A stretch of DNA of 64,000 bases, taken from the NCBI RefSeq assembly GCF_024298885.1, contig NZ_CP101166.1, forward strand, positions 2,291,149 through 2,355,148. The letters are read 5' to 3'. The notes under the pieces are model-generated. The model searched no databases, had not been told where the DNA came from, and saw only the letters and a list, made by a program, of their open reading frames with translations. Below are positions 48,548 through 59,510 of the stretch, one piece after another. The position numbers and the translations under genes were made by a program. This DNA is from Haloglomus halophilum. Its GTDB lineage: Archaea; Halobacteriota; Halobacteria; Halobacteriales; Haloarculaceae. Position 1 is the stretch's first letter. Every line of letters begins with the position of its first letter.

Positions 48548-49867
48548 ATGACGGAGACGGTCCCGTTCACCCCGCTGGACGAGGCCGTGTTCCACCTCGA
48601 GGAGGAACTCGAACCCTGGAACGTCCAGATCGAGATCGGCTCGGCGGCCAGTCTGGACGGCGAGCGCCTGTACGACGCCGTCGAGGCGGCCGCGGCGGCG
48701 CACCCGCTCGCACGGGCGCGTCTGCGCGACTACGGTGCCCTCGACGACGAGTACGTCTGGGAGATCCCCGACGAGCCCGACACGGTCCCGCTGAAGCGGA
48801 CCGAGGCGGCCGATGCCGGGGCGCTGGCCGACTTCCGGACGCAGTTCTACAGCCCCCGCGTCGAACTCCGCGAGTCGCCGCCGTTCCGGGTCGCGCTGGC
48901 CCGCGGCGGCGGTATCGACGGCGGCGACCGGCTCATGGTCTGCGGGAGCCACGTCGCGATGGACGGCGTCGGGACGCTCCGGCTCGCGCGCTCGATCTGT
49001 CAGGCCTACCGCGGCGGCCCCATCGACGAGGACCCCGTGGGGCTGGCCGAATCCCGTGCCGTGCTGGCCGAGAACGGCCCGAGCTCGCTCGCCGAGGCCG
49101 GGACCCGCCTTGCCGAGGGACTGGGTCGGCTCCCGGACGCACTGGACGAGCCGACCCGTATTGCCGTCGACGGCGGGACGGACGACTCCGGCTGGGGGTT
49201 CGTCCACCGGGAACTGGACGACGACCTCGTCGCGGCGGTCGTGGGGAACCGGCCGGATGGCGTGTCGGTCAACGACTGCTTCCTCGCGGCGCTCCACCTC
49301 GCCATCGACGGCTGGAACGCCAGCCACGGCGAGGAGCGCGACCGCATCAGCCTGATGATGCCGGTCAACGCCCGGCCGCCGGAGTGGTTCTACGAGACGG
49401 TCGGGATGTACGCCCCGTTCGTGAGCATCGACACGAAGCCGTGCCACCGCACGAGTCCGGGTGCGGCCGTCGAACGCGTCGTCGAGCAGACCAGCCGGCA
49501 CAAGCGCCACGACGGCGCCGGCTGGGTCACGGATGCGCTGGGCCCGCTCTCATCGAACCTCCCGGTCGGCATCAAGCGCCTCGTCCCGGGGCTGCTCGGC
49601 GCGACGCAGTACCGCTTCGTCGACAGCGCCGTCCTCTCGAACCTGGGGCGGGCTCCCGAACTCCGGGCACTGGGCGGCGACGGCGACGCGACGGACCTGT
49701 GGTTCTCGCCCCCGTCGATGATGCCGCTCGGCGTCGGCTTCGGCGTCGCGACCCTGGACGGCGACGTGCGGCTGGTCACCCGCTACAGTCAGCAGCAGTT
49801 CGACCGCGACGCCGCCCGTCGGTTCACGGACCGCTACCTCGACCGGCTCGGCGCGACGGTCCCGTGA
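48548..49867 (+). CDS. condensation-domain-like acyltransferase (HxxxDG superfamily; WS/DGAT- or PapA5-like)
   Basis: N-terminal FTPLDEAVFHLEE like WS/DGAT LSPLDxxFL; catalytic-site-like CGSHVAMDGVG (HxxxDG) at about residue 135; 439 aa. Confidence 0.55.
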   Translation: MTETVPFTPLDEAVFHLEEELEPWNVQIEIGSAASLDGERLYDAVEAAAAAHPLARARLRDYGALDDEYVWEIPDEPDTVPLKRTEAADAGALADFRTQFYSPRVELRESPPFRVALARGGGIDGGDRLMVCGSHVAMDGVGTLRLARSICQAYRGGPIDEDPVGLAESRAVLAENGPSSLAEAGTRLAEGLGRLPDALDEPTRIAVDGGTDDSGWGFVHRELDDDLVAAVVGNRPDGVSVNDCFLAALHLAIDGWNASHGEERDRISLMMPVNARPPEWFYETVGMYAPFVSIDTKPCHRTSPGAAVERVVEQTSRHKRHDGAGWVTDALGPLSSNLPVGIKRLVPGLLGATQYRFVDSAVLSNLGRAPELRALGGDGDATDLWFSPPSMMPLGVGFGVATLDGDVRLVTRYSQQQFDRDAARRFTDRYLDRLGATVP

Positions 49868-49945
49868 CGCGTTCGGGAGGTGTTTCGAGCGCAGGCGGCG
49901 CTGGAGCGCCACGTCCGCCTGGTCGGACTGGTGGACCGGCCGGTT

Positions 49946-50353
49946 CTACCGCTCGATGTCCCCGTCGTCGGGCCCGAACTCGTCGATGCGCTCGTGGACG
50001 TAGTCGGTCCACTCATCGAGCGTCTCGTGCATCAGTTCACGGGCCTCCTCCAGTGGCGTGGCGGTGTACTGGTAGACGTGCCCGCCCGAGTCGAGCAGGC
50101 GGCGTTCGCGGGTTGCGAGGTTCTTCTCGCGGAGCGTCGCGAGCGAGCGGTTCACGTTCGAGCGGTCGCGGTCCAGCGTATCAGCCAGCTCGGCGACCGT
50201 GCTCCCTGGGGTCTCCAGCAGCGTGAGATAGGTCCGGGCCTCGTGGCTCTGGATACCGAAGACACAGGCCATCACGTCCGTGACGCCCGGCTCGTCGTCG
50301 ATCATCAGCTCGCGGAACCGGCCGGGGTCGGGGTCGGAAGCGGGCGTGTCCAT
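49946..50353 (-). CDS. HTH transcriptional regulator (TrmB/MarR-like)
   Basis: ARTYLTLLETPGSTVAELADTLDRDRSNVNRSLATLREKNL. Confidence 0.55.
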   Translation of the reverse strand: MDTPASDPDPGRFRELMIDDEPGVTDVMACVFGIQSHEARTYLTLLETPGSTVAELADTLDRDRSNVNRSLATLREKNLATRERRLLDSGGHVYQYTATPLEEARELMHETLDEWTDYVHERIDEFGPDDGDIER

Positions 50354-50626
50354 CTGTGCCCGGTACTACCGGCGAGACTGGAATAAATCCCGCCGTTACC
50401 TCGGATTCACCTAGAATCACCCGTGTCACCACCCCATGCACGGTGTCCCCGAACCGGGAGCACAGGTGAGCGGGCATCGCCACGTCACACGCCGACGGCA
50501 CCGACCCGCCGATGCCGGCGCTCGTGCGTCTCCGGCGCGCTCGCGCCCGTGTGCGCGAATGTGACCGTGATGCCCATCCACGCAGCCGCGGTGCCACTAA
50601 CAGGGAACCAGCGGAACCGGCGGCCG

Positions 50627-51106
50627 ATGGCAGAGACACAGACCGCGAACGCCACCGGACTGACCGATATCGAAGCACCGTCGTGGAAAGGCGGCGTCGT
50701 CGCCGGGGTTGTCGGGGGCGCCGTCATGGCCGCCGTGATGCTGATGATGAACCCTGCCCCGATCGAGGTCGCGATTCCGAGCCTCTACGGGCTCGCACCG
50801 CCCCCCAACGGAGCGGCCGGACTCGTCGTCCACCTCTCGCACGGCGCGGTCCTCGGGGTCGCCTTCGCCGGCCTGGTCGGCGTGGCGGACATCGGCGACT
50901 CGCGGGGGACGCTCCTCGGTGCAGGCGTCGTCTGGGGCGTCGTGACGTGGGTCGTGCTCGCGGCGCTGGTGATGCCGGCCTGGCTGTCCGTGGTCGGCTC
51001 GCCGGCCCAGCCGCCGCTGCCCAACTTCGCGCTCCCGAGCCTGCTGTGGCACGTCGTCTACGGCGTCGTCGCTGCCGCGGTGCTCCCTGCGGTCGACGAG
51101 CTGTAA
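50627..51106 (+). CDS. membrane protein (4 TM), hypothetical
   Basis: MAETQTANATGL then hydrophobic helices; internal ATG of track ORF 50423-51106. Confidence 0.45.
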   Translation: MAETQTANATGLTDIEAPSWKGGVVAGVVGGAVMAAVMLMMNPAPIEVAIPSLYGLAPPPNGAAGLVVHLSHGAVLGVAFAGLVGVADIGDSRGTLLGAGVVWGVVTWVVLAALVMPAWLSVVGSPAQPPLPNFALPSLLWHVVYGVVAAAVLPAVDEL

Positions 51107-51124
51107 TCGGGGTCGCGGAGCCGC

Positions 51125-53932
51125 TCAGGCCTCCAGCTTCTGCCGGAGCACGTCGGGCGCCGCGGCCAGCGCGTCGTCCAGCGCATCGGCGTCGGGACCA
51201 CCACCCTGCGCGAAGTCCGGCGGACCACCTCCGCCACCGCCGACACGCCCCGCGAGGTCGGCGACGACCTCGCCGGCGTTGATGCCGACAGCGTCCGGGA
51301 CGGCGACGACGAACGTGGCGCCGTCGATGCCGGAGCCGATGACGGCCACCTTCCCCTCCTCGGCCAGCGCGTTCGCGGTTGCGCGGAGTTCGTCCATGTC
51401 GGCGTCGAGCCGCTGGACGACCGCGGTCGTCTCGCCGAGGTCGACCTCCTCGCCGGACTCGCCACCCTGGGCACGCGCCTCGGCGAGCTGCTCTTTCAGC
51501 TCGTCGATGCGCTTGCCCCTCTCTTTCCACTCGACGAAGAACCGCTCGGCCGTGTCGGGGACCTCCTGCGGGTCCACGTCGAGCGTGTCGGCCGCGTCGT
51601 AGAGGGCATCCTCCGTGCGCTGGGTGGCCTCGACGGCGGCGTCGCCGGCTGCGAAGACGAGCCGCTCGACCCCGTCCTGGACCCGCTCCGTGCCGAGGAC
51701 CTTGATGGCGCCGATCTCGCCGGTCCGCTCGACGTGGGTACCCGCGCAGGCCTGCACGTCCTCGCCGACGGTGATGACCCGGACCTCCGTGCCGGCGGGG
51801 ATACCCCCCTGGAACAGGTCGAAGCCGTACTTCGCCTGCGCGTCGTTCCGGTCGAGCCACTCCTGTTTCACGGAGAGGTTCTCGCGGACCATGTCGTTCG
51901 CGACCCGCTCGATGGCCTTGACCTGCTCGCGGTCGATGCGGTCGTAGTGGGTCACGTCCAGCCGCGAGGAGTCGGTCCCCTTCTGCGCCCCGGCCTGCCG
52001 GATGTGGTCGCCCAGCACCTCGCGGGCGGCGTGCCCGATGACGTGCGTCGCGGTGTGGTGGGCCATCAGCCGACGGCGGCGAGTCCCGTCGACCTGCCCG
52101 CGGACGAACTCACCCTTGCCGGGGTCGGCGTCGGTCCGGTGGAGGACCACGCCGTCGACCTCCTGTACGTCGCGCACCTCGGCGGTGACGTCCTCGGTCG
52201 AGAGGGTGCCGGTGTCGGCCGGCTGACCACCGCCCTCCGGGTAGAACATCGTCTGGTCCAGCGCCACGTCGTACAGCGTCTCGCCCTCCTCGCCCGCGTC
52301 GGGACGCTCGATGACATCCAGGACGACGGCCTCGAACTCCGTGCGGTCCTGGTCCTCGTAGAACAGCTTGTCCGTCTCGGGCAGGTCCGCGACCTGCTCG
52401 TCGATACCCTCCGAGTCGTCGTCGAAGGCCGTCCCGCCGCCGTGGCGCGAGGCGACCAGCGAGTAGAAGTCGTCGGGGACCTCCACGTCGGCGCCGCGCT
52501 GGACCGCGATCTCCTCGACCATGTCCGGCTGGATGCCGTGGCTGTCGTACAATTCGATGACCTCCTCCAGGGGGATGGGCTCGTCGCGCTCGGCGTAGTC
52601 CTCGGCGAGTTGCTCGACACGGCGCCCGCCGCGTTCGAGCGTCTCGCGGTACTTCTCGACCTCCGTCCGGACGATGTCCCGGACGGTGTCGCGGTTCCGG
52701 TAGCCCAGGCGCTCGGCCTGCATGTCCACGAGTTCGTCCAGCGGGGCGTCGACGCCGACGCTGTCGACGAGTCGCTTCGTCCGCCGCAGGACCATCCGCG
52801 CCAGGTAGCCCGTCCCCGCGTTGGAGGGGACGATGCCGTCGCCCAGCATGTAGGCGAGGGTGCGGCAGTGGTCGGCGATGGCGTAGAGCTCCTCCAGCGG
52901 CTCCATCAGCGTCTCCAGCCGCTCGACCTCGACGTCGAGGCGCTCGGCGATCTCGCGGCGAGCAGTCTCCATATCCTCGGCCTCGTCGATGTCCATCCGG
53001 CCCGCCAGTTTGGCGGCCCGGTGGACGAGGTCCTCCTGGGCCTCGGTGTGCTCGATGCCGGCGTTTGCCTTGAGGAAGTCGATGGTCTCGGGGTAGACGG
53101 CCTCGTAGACGGTGGGCGTGCCCTGGCTCATCCAGGTCCACCGCTCCAGCCCGTAGCCCGTGTCCACGATGTACGTGTCCATCGGGCTGTACCGGTTGCC
53201 GTCCTTCAGTTCGTACTCGCCCTCGGGGTCCTGCTCCATCGACATGAAGACGAGCGTCGCCAGCTCGGCACCCTTGTAGATGACCTCGATGGCGGGCCCG
53301 GCGTTGCCGCCGCCGACCCACGGGTCCTCGATGTAGGTGATCTCCTCGATATCGGCGCCGAGCTCCTCGAACAGCCCCTCGCAGAGCTCGACGGTGCGGT
53401 CCTTCCAGTAGACCTCGCCCTCGTAGGCGTACTGGTCGGGGTCCTCGATGTCCTCGCGGGCGTTGAACGCGTGGTGGGCCATCATCTCGAACGCCATCGT
53501 GTGGCGCCCCGTCTTGCCCACGTTGTCGATGTCCTGCATCCGGATGCAGGGCTGAGAGATACACAGCGGGTTGGCCGGCGGCGGCGTCTTCCCGCTCGTG
53601 ACGAGCGGCTGGAAGTCGTAGATGGAGGCCTGTGTCAGCAACACGTCGTCGCGCCAGCGGTTCGCCGCGACCGGGTACGGCTCGATGCGCTCGTGGTCGT
53701 GGCCCTCGAAGTACGAGAGGAACGCCTCGCGCATCTCCGAGAGGGAGAGCTCCTCCTCGAACCCGGGATCGTCGATGAAACCGTACTCCTCGCAGGGGGG
53801 TTCACCGCACAGCTCGCGGTCCTCGTCGCGTGTCCAGAAGTGGTCGCCACACTCCGGACACTCCCGCCGGACGAACCCCTCCTCCCGGAAGTACTCCAGT
53901 TGATACTCCTCCGTGAGGTCACTCATTACCAC
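51125..53932 (-). CDS. alaS: alanine--tRNA ligase
   Basis: Archaeal AlaRS opening, [10 protein letters not shown] editing-domain His motif, C-terminal DHHA1-like [15 protein letters not shown]. Confidence 0.9.
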   Translation of the reverse strand: MVMSDLTEEYQLEYFREEGFVRRECPECGDHFWTRDEDRELCGEPPCEEYGFIDDPGFEEELSLSEMREAFLSYFEGHDHERIEPYPVAANRWRDDVLLTQASIYDFQPLVTSGKTPPPANPLCISQPCIRMQDIDNVGKTGRHTMAFEMMAHHAFNAREDIEDPDQYAYEGEVYWKDRTVELCEGLFEELGADIEEITYIEDPWVGGGNAGPAIEVIYKGAELATLVFMSMEQDPEGEYELKDGNRYSPMDTYIVDTGYGLERWTWMSQGTPTVYEAVYPETIDFLKANAGIEHTEAQEDLVHRAAKLAGRMDIDEAEDMETARREIAERLDVEVERLETLMEPLEELYAIADHCRTLAYMLGDGIVPSNAGTGYLARMVLRRTKRLVDSVGVDAPLDELVDMQAERLGYRNRDTVRDIVRTEVEKYRETLERGGRRVEQLAEDYAERDEPIPLEEVIELYDSHGIQPDMVEEIAVQRGADVEVPDDFYSLVASRHGGGTAFDDDSEGIDEQVADLPETDKLFYEDQDRTEFEAVVLDVIERPDAGEEGETLYDVALDQTMFYPEGGGQPADTGTLSTEDVTAEVRDVQEVDGVVLHRTDADPGKGEFVRGQVDGTRRRRLMAHHTATHVIGHAAREVLGDHIRQAGAQKGTDSSRLDVTHYDRIDREQVKAIERVANDMVRENLSVKQEWLDRNDAQAKYGFDLFQGGIPAGTEVRVITVGEDVQACAGTHVERTGEIGAIKVLGTERVQDGVERLVFAAGDAAVEATQRTEDALYDAADTLDVDPQEVPDTAERFFVEWKERGKRIDELKEQLAEARAQGGESGEEVDLGETTAVVQRLDADMDELRATANALAEEGKVAVIGSGIDGATFVVAVPDAVGINAGEVVADLAGRVGGGGGGPPDFAQGGGPDADALDDALAAAPDVLRQKLEA

Positions 53933-54019
53933 TACGTGGCCCGGGTTCGTCTAAAAGGGTTCCGAAGGGGTGGGTTGGCTTCGAGACCGACATCCACGGC
54001 CGATTCTCCCGGAGTTCGG

Positions 54020-56263
54020 TCACGGCCGCGGCGGGGCCTCGTCGTACGCGTCCAGCTCCTGGTAGAAGTTCAGCATCGCGAACTTCAGCTTCTCCGGCGC
54101 CACGTCCACGAGTTCCTCGCGCTCCTCCTCGGGGAACGTGTCGTGGACGGAGTACTGGCCCAGGTCGCCGGCTCGTGAACGGGCGTACCGCTCGTCGACC
54201 AGGGCCCGCACCCCGAAGTCCTCCGGCGAGCGGACGACGCGCCCGAGCGCCTGCCGCGTCTTGCGGACGGTCGGAATCTCGACGGCGTAGCGCCAGCCCT
54301 GGTCCTCGCTGCCGAATGCGCCCGCGAACGCCTCCTCGACGGCCTCCATCCGGTCGTCGAGATGGGGGTACGGCACCCCCACGACGAGGACGGTGCGGGC
54401 GTCGTCACCGTCGTAGCTCACCCCCTCGGCGAGCGTGCCCCACAGCGAGGTGAACAGGACACCGTCGTCGTCCGCGGTGAACCGCTCGCGCAGGTCCTCG
54501 GCGCGCTCGCCGGGCCGGTCGAGGTACGGCGTGGAATCGGTCCCGACGCGGTCGTAGTAGCGCTCGGCCTCGGCGTACGAGGGACAGAAGACGAGCGTGT
54601 TGCCCGGCGTGAAGCGCACGGCGTCCTCGATGGTCCCCGCCACGGTCGACTGCACGCCCGGGTCGTCGCGCTTGCTGGCGAACAGCGCCGGCGAGGTGAC
54701 CGCGAAGGTGCGGCGGCGTTCCTCGGGGAACTGGAGCCCGTAGGCCATCGTCACCGGGTCGTCGAGGCCCAGCACGTCGCGCTGGACATCGAACGGCCGG
54801 AGCGTCGCACTCATCAGAACCGAGGCGTGGAGGTCGTCGAACAGCGGCTCGGTCACCTGCCGCGGGATGCACGTGTACAGTTCCGCGCGACCGCGCACCC
54901 CGGCCTCCGTCCGGCGGACGCTGACGACGGGGTACGTGCCCGGTTCCGCGGAGCCGTCCATCCAGTCGTCGATGAACGCGGCCGCCGCCAGCGTCTGACA
55001 CTCCTTGCGCGTCGTCGTCTCCCCCTCCTTGTACGCCTCCTGATAGGACTGGTCGAGGGTCTGCCCGAGGTTCAGGGCGTGTTCGAGGTCCTGCTTGTAG
55101 CCCGGGCCCTCGTAGCGTTCGAGGAATGCCATCGTCAGGTCGTCCCGACCGGTGTCGGCGTCGATGGTCACGTCCTCCCAGTCCTCGCCCAGTGACTCGC
55201 GGGCGCCGAATCCCATCCCGGCCTCGTAGACATCCACGAGCGCGTCGTGGAACGCGCGGACGACGCGCTCGGCGGCCTCGACCCGGAAGTCGTCGGTCTC
55301 GTCGAGTTCGTCGAGCGCGCTCGAGAGGGTCACCTCGTTGCAGGTCCGGGTGGCGTGGTCGCGCGCCGCGTCCTCGATGTTGTGGGCCTCGTCGAACACC
55401 GCCACGATGTCCTCCGGGTCCCGGTCCAGCCACCGGAAGAACTGCTCGCGGATGTTCGGGTCGAGCAGGTGGTGGTAGTTGCAGACGACGAGGTCGACAC
55501 CCTCAATCCCCTCCTTCAGCAGTTCGTAGCCACAGAGCCCGGCCTCGTGCGCGGCGTCGTAGATCTCGTCGGGTGTGCGCACGTCCGCGTACAGCCAGTC
55601 GTAGAAGTCGCTCGTGTCCTGGGTCAGGTTCCGGTGGTAGCGGTCACACACCGTCGCGTCGGCCTGCACCTCGTCGAGCTGGTCCTCGGCGGACTGGAGT
55701 TCGTCCAGCACGGCCGCGCGGGCCTCGGCGACATCGCTGCCGCCGGCCGCCGGCTCGGTCGCCTCCCCGCCGCCCGCGGACACACCGCCCTCGTCGGTCG
55801 CGGCCTCCCGCAACTCGGCGGCCTGCTGTTCCAGCGCCGCCACCTCCTCGGCCTGGTCGACCACCTCGCGGGTCGCGTCGCGGAGCGCCTGGCACTCCTT
55901 GTAGTCGACGTCGATGTGGCACATCGACCCCTTGCCCCGGAAGACGACGGTCCGGATCGGCTCGCCCGTGTTGATCGCGCGGGCCTCCTCGATGAACTGG
56001 CGGGTCTGCTGGTGGACGTTGGTCGTGATGACGACCGTCTTGTTCGCGGCCCGGCCGTACTCCAGCGCCGGGGCGAGCGCCGCGAGCGTCTTGCCCGTCC
56101 CGCAGGCCCCCTCGAACAGCACGTCACGCTCCGTGACCAGGGCCTCGCGGATGGTCTCCATCGCGTCGTGCTGGTGGTCGTACGGCTGGTCGTACGGGAA
56201 GAAGCGCAGGTAGCCCGGGCCGTCACTCGTCGCCACACCGGCGGGTTGTTCGCTCTCGGGCAA
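54020..56263 (-). CDS. Rad3/XPD (DinG) family ATP-dependent DNA helicase
   Basis: FEGACGTGKT Walker A, VCNYHHLLD, VFDEAHNIED (DEAH), 4-Cys Fe-S insert (C..C..C..C) in HD1. Confidence 0.8.
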   Translation of the reverse strand: MPESEQPAGVATSDGPGYLRFFPYDQPYDHQHDAMETIREALVTERDVLFEGACGTGKTLAALAPALEYGRAANKTVVITTNVHQQTRQFIEEARAINTGEPIRTVVFRGKGSMCHIDVDYKECQALRDATREVVDQAEEVAALEQQAAELREAATDEGGVSAGGGEATEPAAGGSDVAEARAAVLDELQSAEDQLDEVQADATVCDRYHRNLTQDTSDFYDWLYADVRTPDEIYDAAHEAGLCGYELLKEGIEGVDLVVCNYHHLLDPNIREQFFRWLDRDPEDIVAVFDEAHNIEDAARDHATRTCNEVTLSSALDELDETDDFRVEAAERVVRAFHDALVDVYEAGMGFGARESLGEDWEDVTIDADTGRDDLTMAFLERYEGPGYKQDLEHALNLGQTLDQSYQEAYKEGETTTRKECQTLAAAAFIDDWMDGSAEPGTYPVVSVRRTEAGVRGRAELYTCIPRQVTEPLFDDLHASVLMSATLRPFDVQRDVLGLDDPVTMAYGLQFPEERRRTFAVTSPALFASKRDDPGVQSTVAGTIEDAVRFTPGNTLVFCPSYAEAERYYDRVGTDSTPYLDRPGERAEDLRERFTADDDGVLFTSLWGTLAEGVSYDGDDARTVLVVGVPYPHLDDRMEAVEEAFAGAFGSEDQGWRYAVEIPTVRKTRQALGRVVRSPEDFGVRALVDERYARSRAGDLGQYSVHDTFPEEEREELVDVAPEKLKFAMLNFYQELDAYDEAPPRP

Positions 56264-56330
56264 AAGGGTTCGTGCGGCGGAGTGGAAGTGGTCGGGGCCG
56301 GATGGTCGGGCGGGCGCCGCGACGGCGCCG

Positions 56331-57596
56331 TCAGTCGCGGCGGATGACCAGTAGTGCCACGGCCAGCAGCCCGCCTACCGCGGCCAGCAGCCCGAACCCG
56401 GGACCCGACCCGGCCGTGGGCGTCACCGGCCCCGAGTCCTGTTGCTGCTGGTTGCGCTGTTGTTGCTGGTTCTGTTGCTGTTGCTGGTTGCGCTGTTGTT
56501 GCTGGTCCTGCTGCTGTGGTTCGGACGTGGCGGTCGGTGTCGCCGGGTCACTGCTGGCGGGGGAGGATGTCGGCGTAGCGGTCGGCGTCGACTGGCCGCT
56601 CCGCTCCGGGGTCGGCGTGGCGGTCGGTGTCGCCGGGTCACTGCTGGCGGGGGAGGGCGTCGGCGTCGACTGGCCGCTCCGCTCCGGGGTCGGCGTGGCG
56701 GTCGGCGTCGAGCCGCCTGGCGGTGGAGTCGCGGTCGGCGTCGAGCCGCCGCCTCCGCCGCCGCTGGAGGGGTCCTCCCCGCGCTGGTAGTACGTGCCGT
56801 CCTCGCTCCGACAGCGCCACGGCTTGTCCGTTATTCCGGTCGTCCCGCTCGGCATGACGCCTGCCGCGGGGCAGGTCTGTGGCGGCGGGCCGAGTTTCTC
56901 GATGGCCTGCTGGCGGCTGTCACAGCCCTCGCAGATGTAGACGTAGTCCATGACAGCGACGGCGAAGTCCGTCTGCGTGTCCATCGCCGTCGACCCGTTG
57001 CTGCGGGCGTACGCCCGGTACCAGCCCGGCTCGGACGGGTTCTTCTGACAGCCGTTCAGCCCAGCGATGACCTGGTCCTCGACACCGATGTCGATAGGCT
57101 CGCCGGCCAGCTTGCTCTCCTTGTAGTAGCCGGTGTAGATGCCGTCCGAACGGAACTTCAGCACCTTGGCCGCCGACAGGAGCGAGACGTCCGTCTCGGT
57201 CCCGGCGTTGTCGTTCCCGCGGTCGACACCGTAGGCGGCGGCGTTGCTCGCGGTACAGCTACTCCAGCTGAAATCGGGCTGGTAGAGGATGTTCCAGTGG
57301 AGCCGGATGTCCTCCTGGAACCCCGAGGCGTAGAGGGCGAACCCCGACGACGCTCCCGGATTGTGGTTCTTCACCCCGATGGTGAAGTTCCCCACGTACT
57401 GCATCTCCTCGTCGTCCTCGCGCCCGGCGACGAACTTCCCGCCACCGCCCCGCGTGAGCGCGGTGCCGTTGTCCAGCCGCTCGTCCTGTGTCTGCAGCCG
57501 TTGCTCCGCCGTGGCGCCCGTTCCGCCGGCGGTCACGACCGGCGCGACCAGAACCACGGAGACCATGATAGCAAGTGCCACGTTGGTGTGTTGCAC
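56331..57596 (-). CDS. secreted surface protein with PGF-CTERM archaeosortase signal, Pro/Thr-rich tandem repeats and a poly-Gln block
   Basis: Signal peptide; repeated ERSGQSTPTxTPxSSPASSDPATPTAT; QQQDQQQQRNQQQQQNQQQQRNQQQQ; C-terminal GPVTPTAGSGPGFGLLAAVGGLLAVALLVIRRD. Confidence 0.7.
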   Translation of the reverse strand: MQHTNVALAIMVSVVLVAPVVTAGGTGATAEQRLQTQDERLDNGTALTRGGGGKFVAGREDDEEMQYVGNFTIGVKNHNPGASSGFALYASGFQEDIRLHWNILYQPDFSWSSCTASNAAAYGVDRGNDNAGTETDVSLLSAAKVLKFRSDGIYTGYYKESKLAGEPIDIGVEDQVIAGLNGCQKNPSEPGWYRAYARSNGSTAMDTQTDFAVAVMDYVYICEGCDSRQQAIEKLGPPPQTCPAAGVMPSGTTGITDKPWRCRSEDGTYYQRGEDPSSGGGGGGSTPTATPPPGGSTPTATPTPERSGQSTPTPSPASSDPATPTATPTPERSGQSTPTATPTSSPASSDPATPTATSEPQQQDQQQQRNQQQQQNQQQQRNQQQQDSGPVTPTAGSGPGFGLLAAVGGLLAVALLVIRRD

Positions 57597-57798
57597 GTCG
57601 CTCCCCTCCGGTGGTTCCGGCGAAACCTTTCTGCCGGGGAGAGCCGGGGATTTTTACTGAATGGTTAGTCACCCGTCGCGCCCGACACCGTCCCACGAAC
57701 GCCACCGTGGTGACCACGCCCGGCGCCCGCAAGCGGCCCGTGATACCACGCCGCGACCCACCGCAAGACCGTTGCCGCGGGGGTCGCAAGTGGGGGGC

Positions 57799-58458
57799 AT
57801 GACGGGGGACGACGACGAAGCCGAGGTGGAGCCGCCGCGGACGTTCGTGGAGCCGTTCCTGGAGCGCGAGCGCGCGGCACGGGACGTGCTCGACGAACTG
57901 GAGGCGGACCTCCTCGTGGGGGAGGCCGAGAGCGTCCGCGAGCGCCTCCGGGAGATGGCCCACGCGGACCACGACACCTTCCTCACGCTGTGTCTCTGCT
58001 GTAACGGCAACGACCAGTTCTTCGAGGACGTGGCCGAGCAGTTCGACGAGGAGACCGCCGACCGACTGGAGCGGCTGGGCGAGTCACACGACCAGCTCGC
58101 CGACGCGTTCCGCATCGTCCGTGAGGAGGTTGACATGGGTCGGGAGAACCCCGTGACGGGCGTGAACTTCTCGGGCGCGTACCGCGAGCGCGAGCAGGTG
58201 CCGCTCATCCGCTACCAGCTCTACTCCGGCGGCGTCGAGCTGCTGGAGTCCCGGGAGTCGCCCGACGAACTCCTGCAGGTCGCGTCCTTCCTCGTCGGCG
58301 CGACCTCGGAGACCCTGGAGAACGCCGTCGAACACGGCGACACCGTCAACACCGAGGAGCTGAGCGACCTGCTGGACCGCCGGGACGACCTCGAGACGCG
58401 GCTGGGTGAACTGGAGGACACGCTCGACGACCTGCGGACCCAGCCGATAGAGGACTGA
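57799..58458 (+). CDS. hypothetical acidic protein
   Basis: 219-aa ORF from MTGDDDEAEVEPP; contains CLCCNGND; no family recognised. Confidence 0.45.
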   Translation: MTGDDDEAEVEPPRTFVEPFLERERAARDVLDELEADLLVGEAESVRERLREMAHADHDTFLTLCLCCNGNDQFFEDVAEQFDEETADRLERLGESHDQLADAFRIVREEVDMGRENPVTGVNFSGAYREREQVPLIRYQLYSGGVELLESRESPDELLQVASFLVGATSETLENAVEHGDTVNTEELSDLLDRRDDLETRLGELEDTLDDLRTQPIED

Positions 58459-58562
58459 ACCGGGTCGCTACGACATCGAGAACCGATGTTCGGTGGTTAC
58501 CACTCGTTACTGTTCGGAAATCTGGACATCTTGGGAGGAATGGGGGCTCTCTCGGAGGAAAC

Positions 58563-59510
58563 CTACACTTCGGGTTCGATGTACACCTTCCGGATACCGC
58601 CCTGTGACTCCTTGAGCGCGCCCTCGATGGCGGTGATGTGGTCGTCGATCTCCTCGGTGCCGAGCGTCCCGGCGAACTCGATGTCGGCCATCACGACGAC
58701 CTTCTCGGGCCCGAAGTAGACGGTCCGGAAATCGACGACCCGCTCGACCCCGTCCCAGCCGGCGACGATTTCGCGGAGTTCCACCTCGTCCTCACGCGGC
58801 ATCGACTCGCCGAGCAGGAGCCGCTTGTTCTCCCAGGCGAGCGCCACCGCGAACCCCATCAGCATGATGCCGATGAGTGCGGCGGAGACGGCGTCGTAGA
58901 TGGGGTTGCCGGTGTAGCGCGAGAGGAAGACGCCGAACAGGGCGATGCCCGCGCCGGCCATCGCGATGAAGTCCTCGGTGAGCGCGGTCAGGACGGTCAC
59001 GTCCGAGGTCTTGCGGAACGCCTCGCGGAGGCCGCTCCAGTCGTTCTCCTCGATCTGTCGGCTCATGTTGGCGTACGCCTTCTTGAACGCCCACGCCTCG
59101 AAGACGATGGCACCGATGAGGACGCTGTAGTTGACGAAGACGGCGGGGAAGGTGATGTTCAGCACCGGGAGTGTCGCGCTCCCCGTCCCCGGCGGGTGTG
59201 GGTTGACGATAGCGCTGTAGCCGTGCTTGAGCGACTCCCAGCCGGCGATGCCGAACAGGAACACGCTGACGAGGAAGGAGTAGAAGAACTGTGCCTTCCC
59301 GTAGCCGAACGGGTGTTCCCGGGAGGCGTCCTTCCCGCTGTAGCGGATGCCGATGAGGAGGAACACCTGGTTGCCCGTATCGGAGATGGAGTGGTAGGTC
59401 TCCGAGAGCATCGCGGCGCTCCCGGTCAGCAGGAAGCCGACGAACTTCATGATCGCGATGAGTCCGTTGGCGACGAGCGCGGCGAGGACGACGGATTTGC
59501 TGCTGGCCAT
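58563..59510 (-). CDS. cation diffusion facilitator (CDF) family metal efflux transporter
   Basis: 6 TM with HSISDTGNQ (HxxxD metal site) and the C-terminal cytoplasmic domain. Confidence 0.85.
   Translation of the reverse strand: MASSKSVVLAALVANGLIAIMKFVGFLLTGSAAMLSETYHSISDTGNQVFLLIGIRYSGKDASREHPFGYGKAQFFYSFLVSVFLFGIAGWESLKHGYSAIVNPHPPGTGSATLPVLNITFPAVFVNYSVLIGAIVFEAWAFKKAYANMSRQIEENDWSGLREAFRKTSDVTVLTALTEDFIAMAGAGIALFGVFLSRYTGNPIYDAVSAALIGIMLMGFAVALAWENKRLLLGESMPREDEVELREIVAGWDGVERVVDFRTVYFGPEKVVVMADIEFAGTLGTEEIDDHITAIEGALKESQGGIRKVYIEPEV

Noticed and set aside
51734-54178. 814-aa plus-strand ORF and 484-aa minus ORF (52110-53564) over alaS
   Set aside because: Shadow ORFs opposite or overlapping alaS, whose class II aaRS and editing motifs are clear in the 51125-53932 minus frame.
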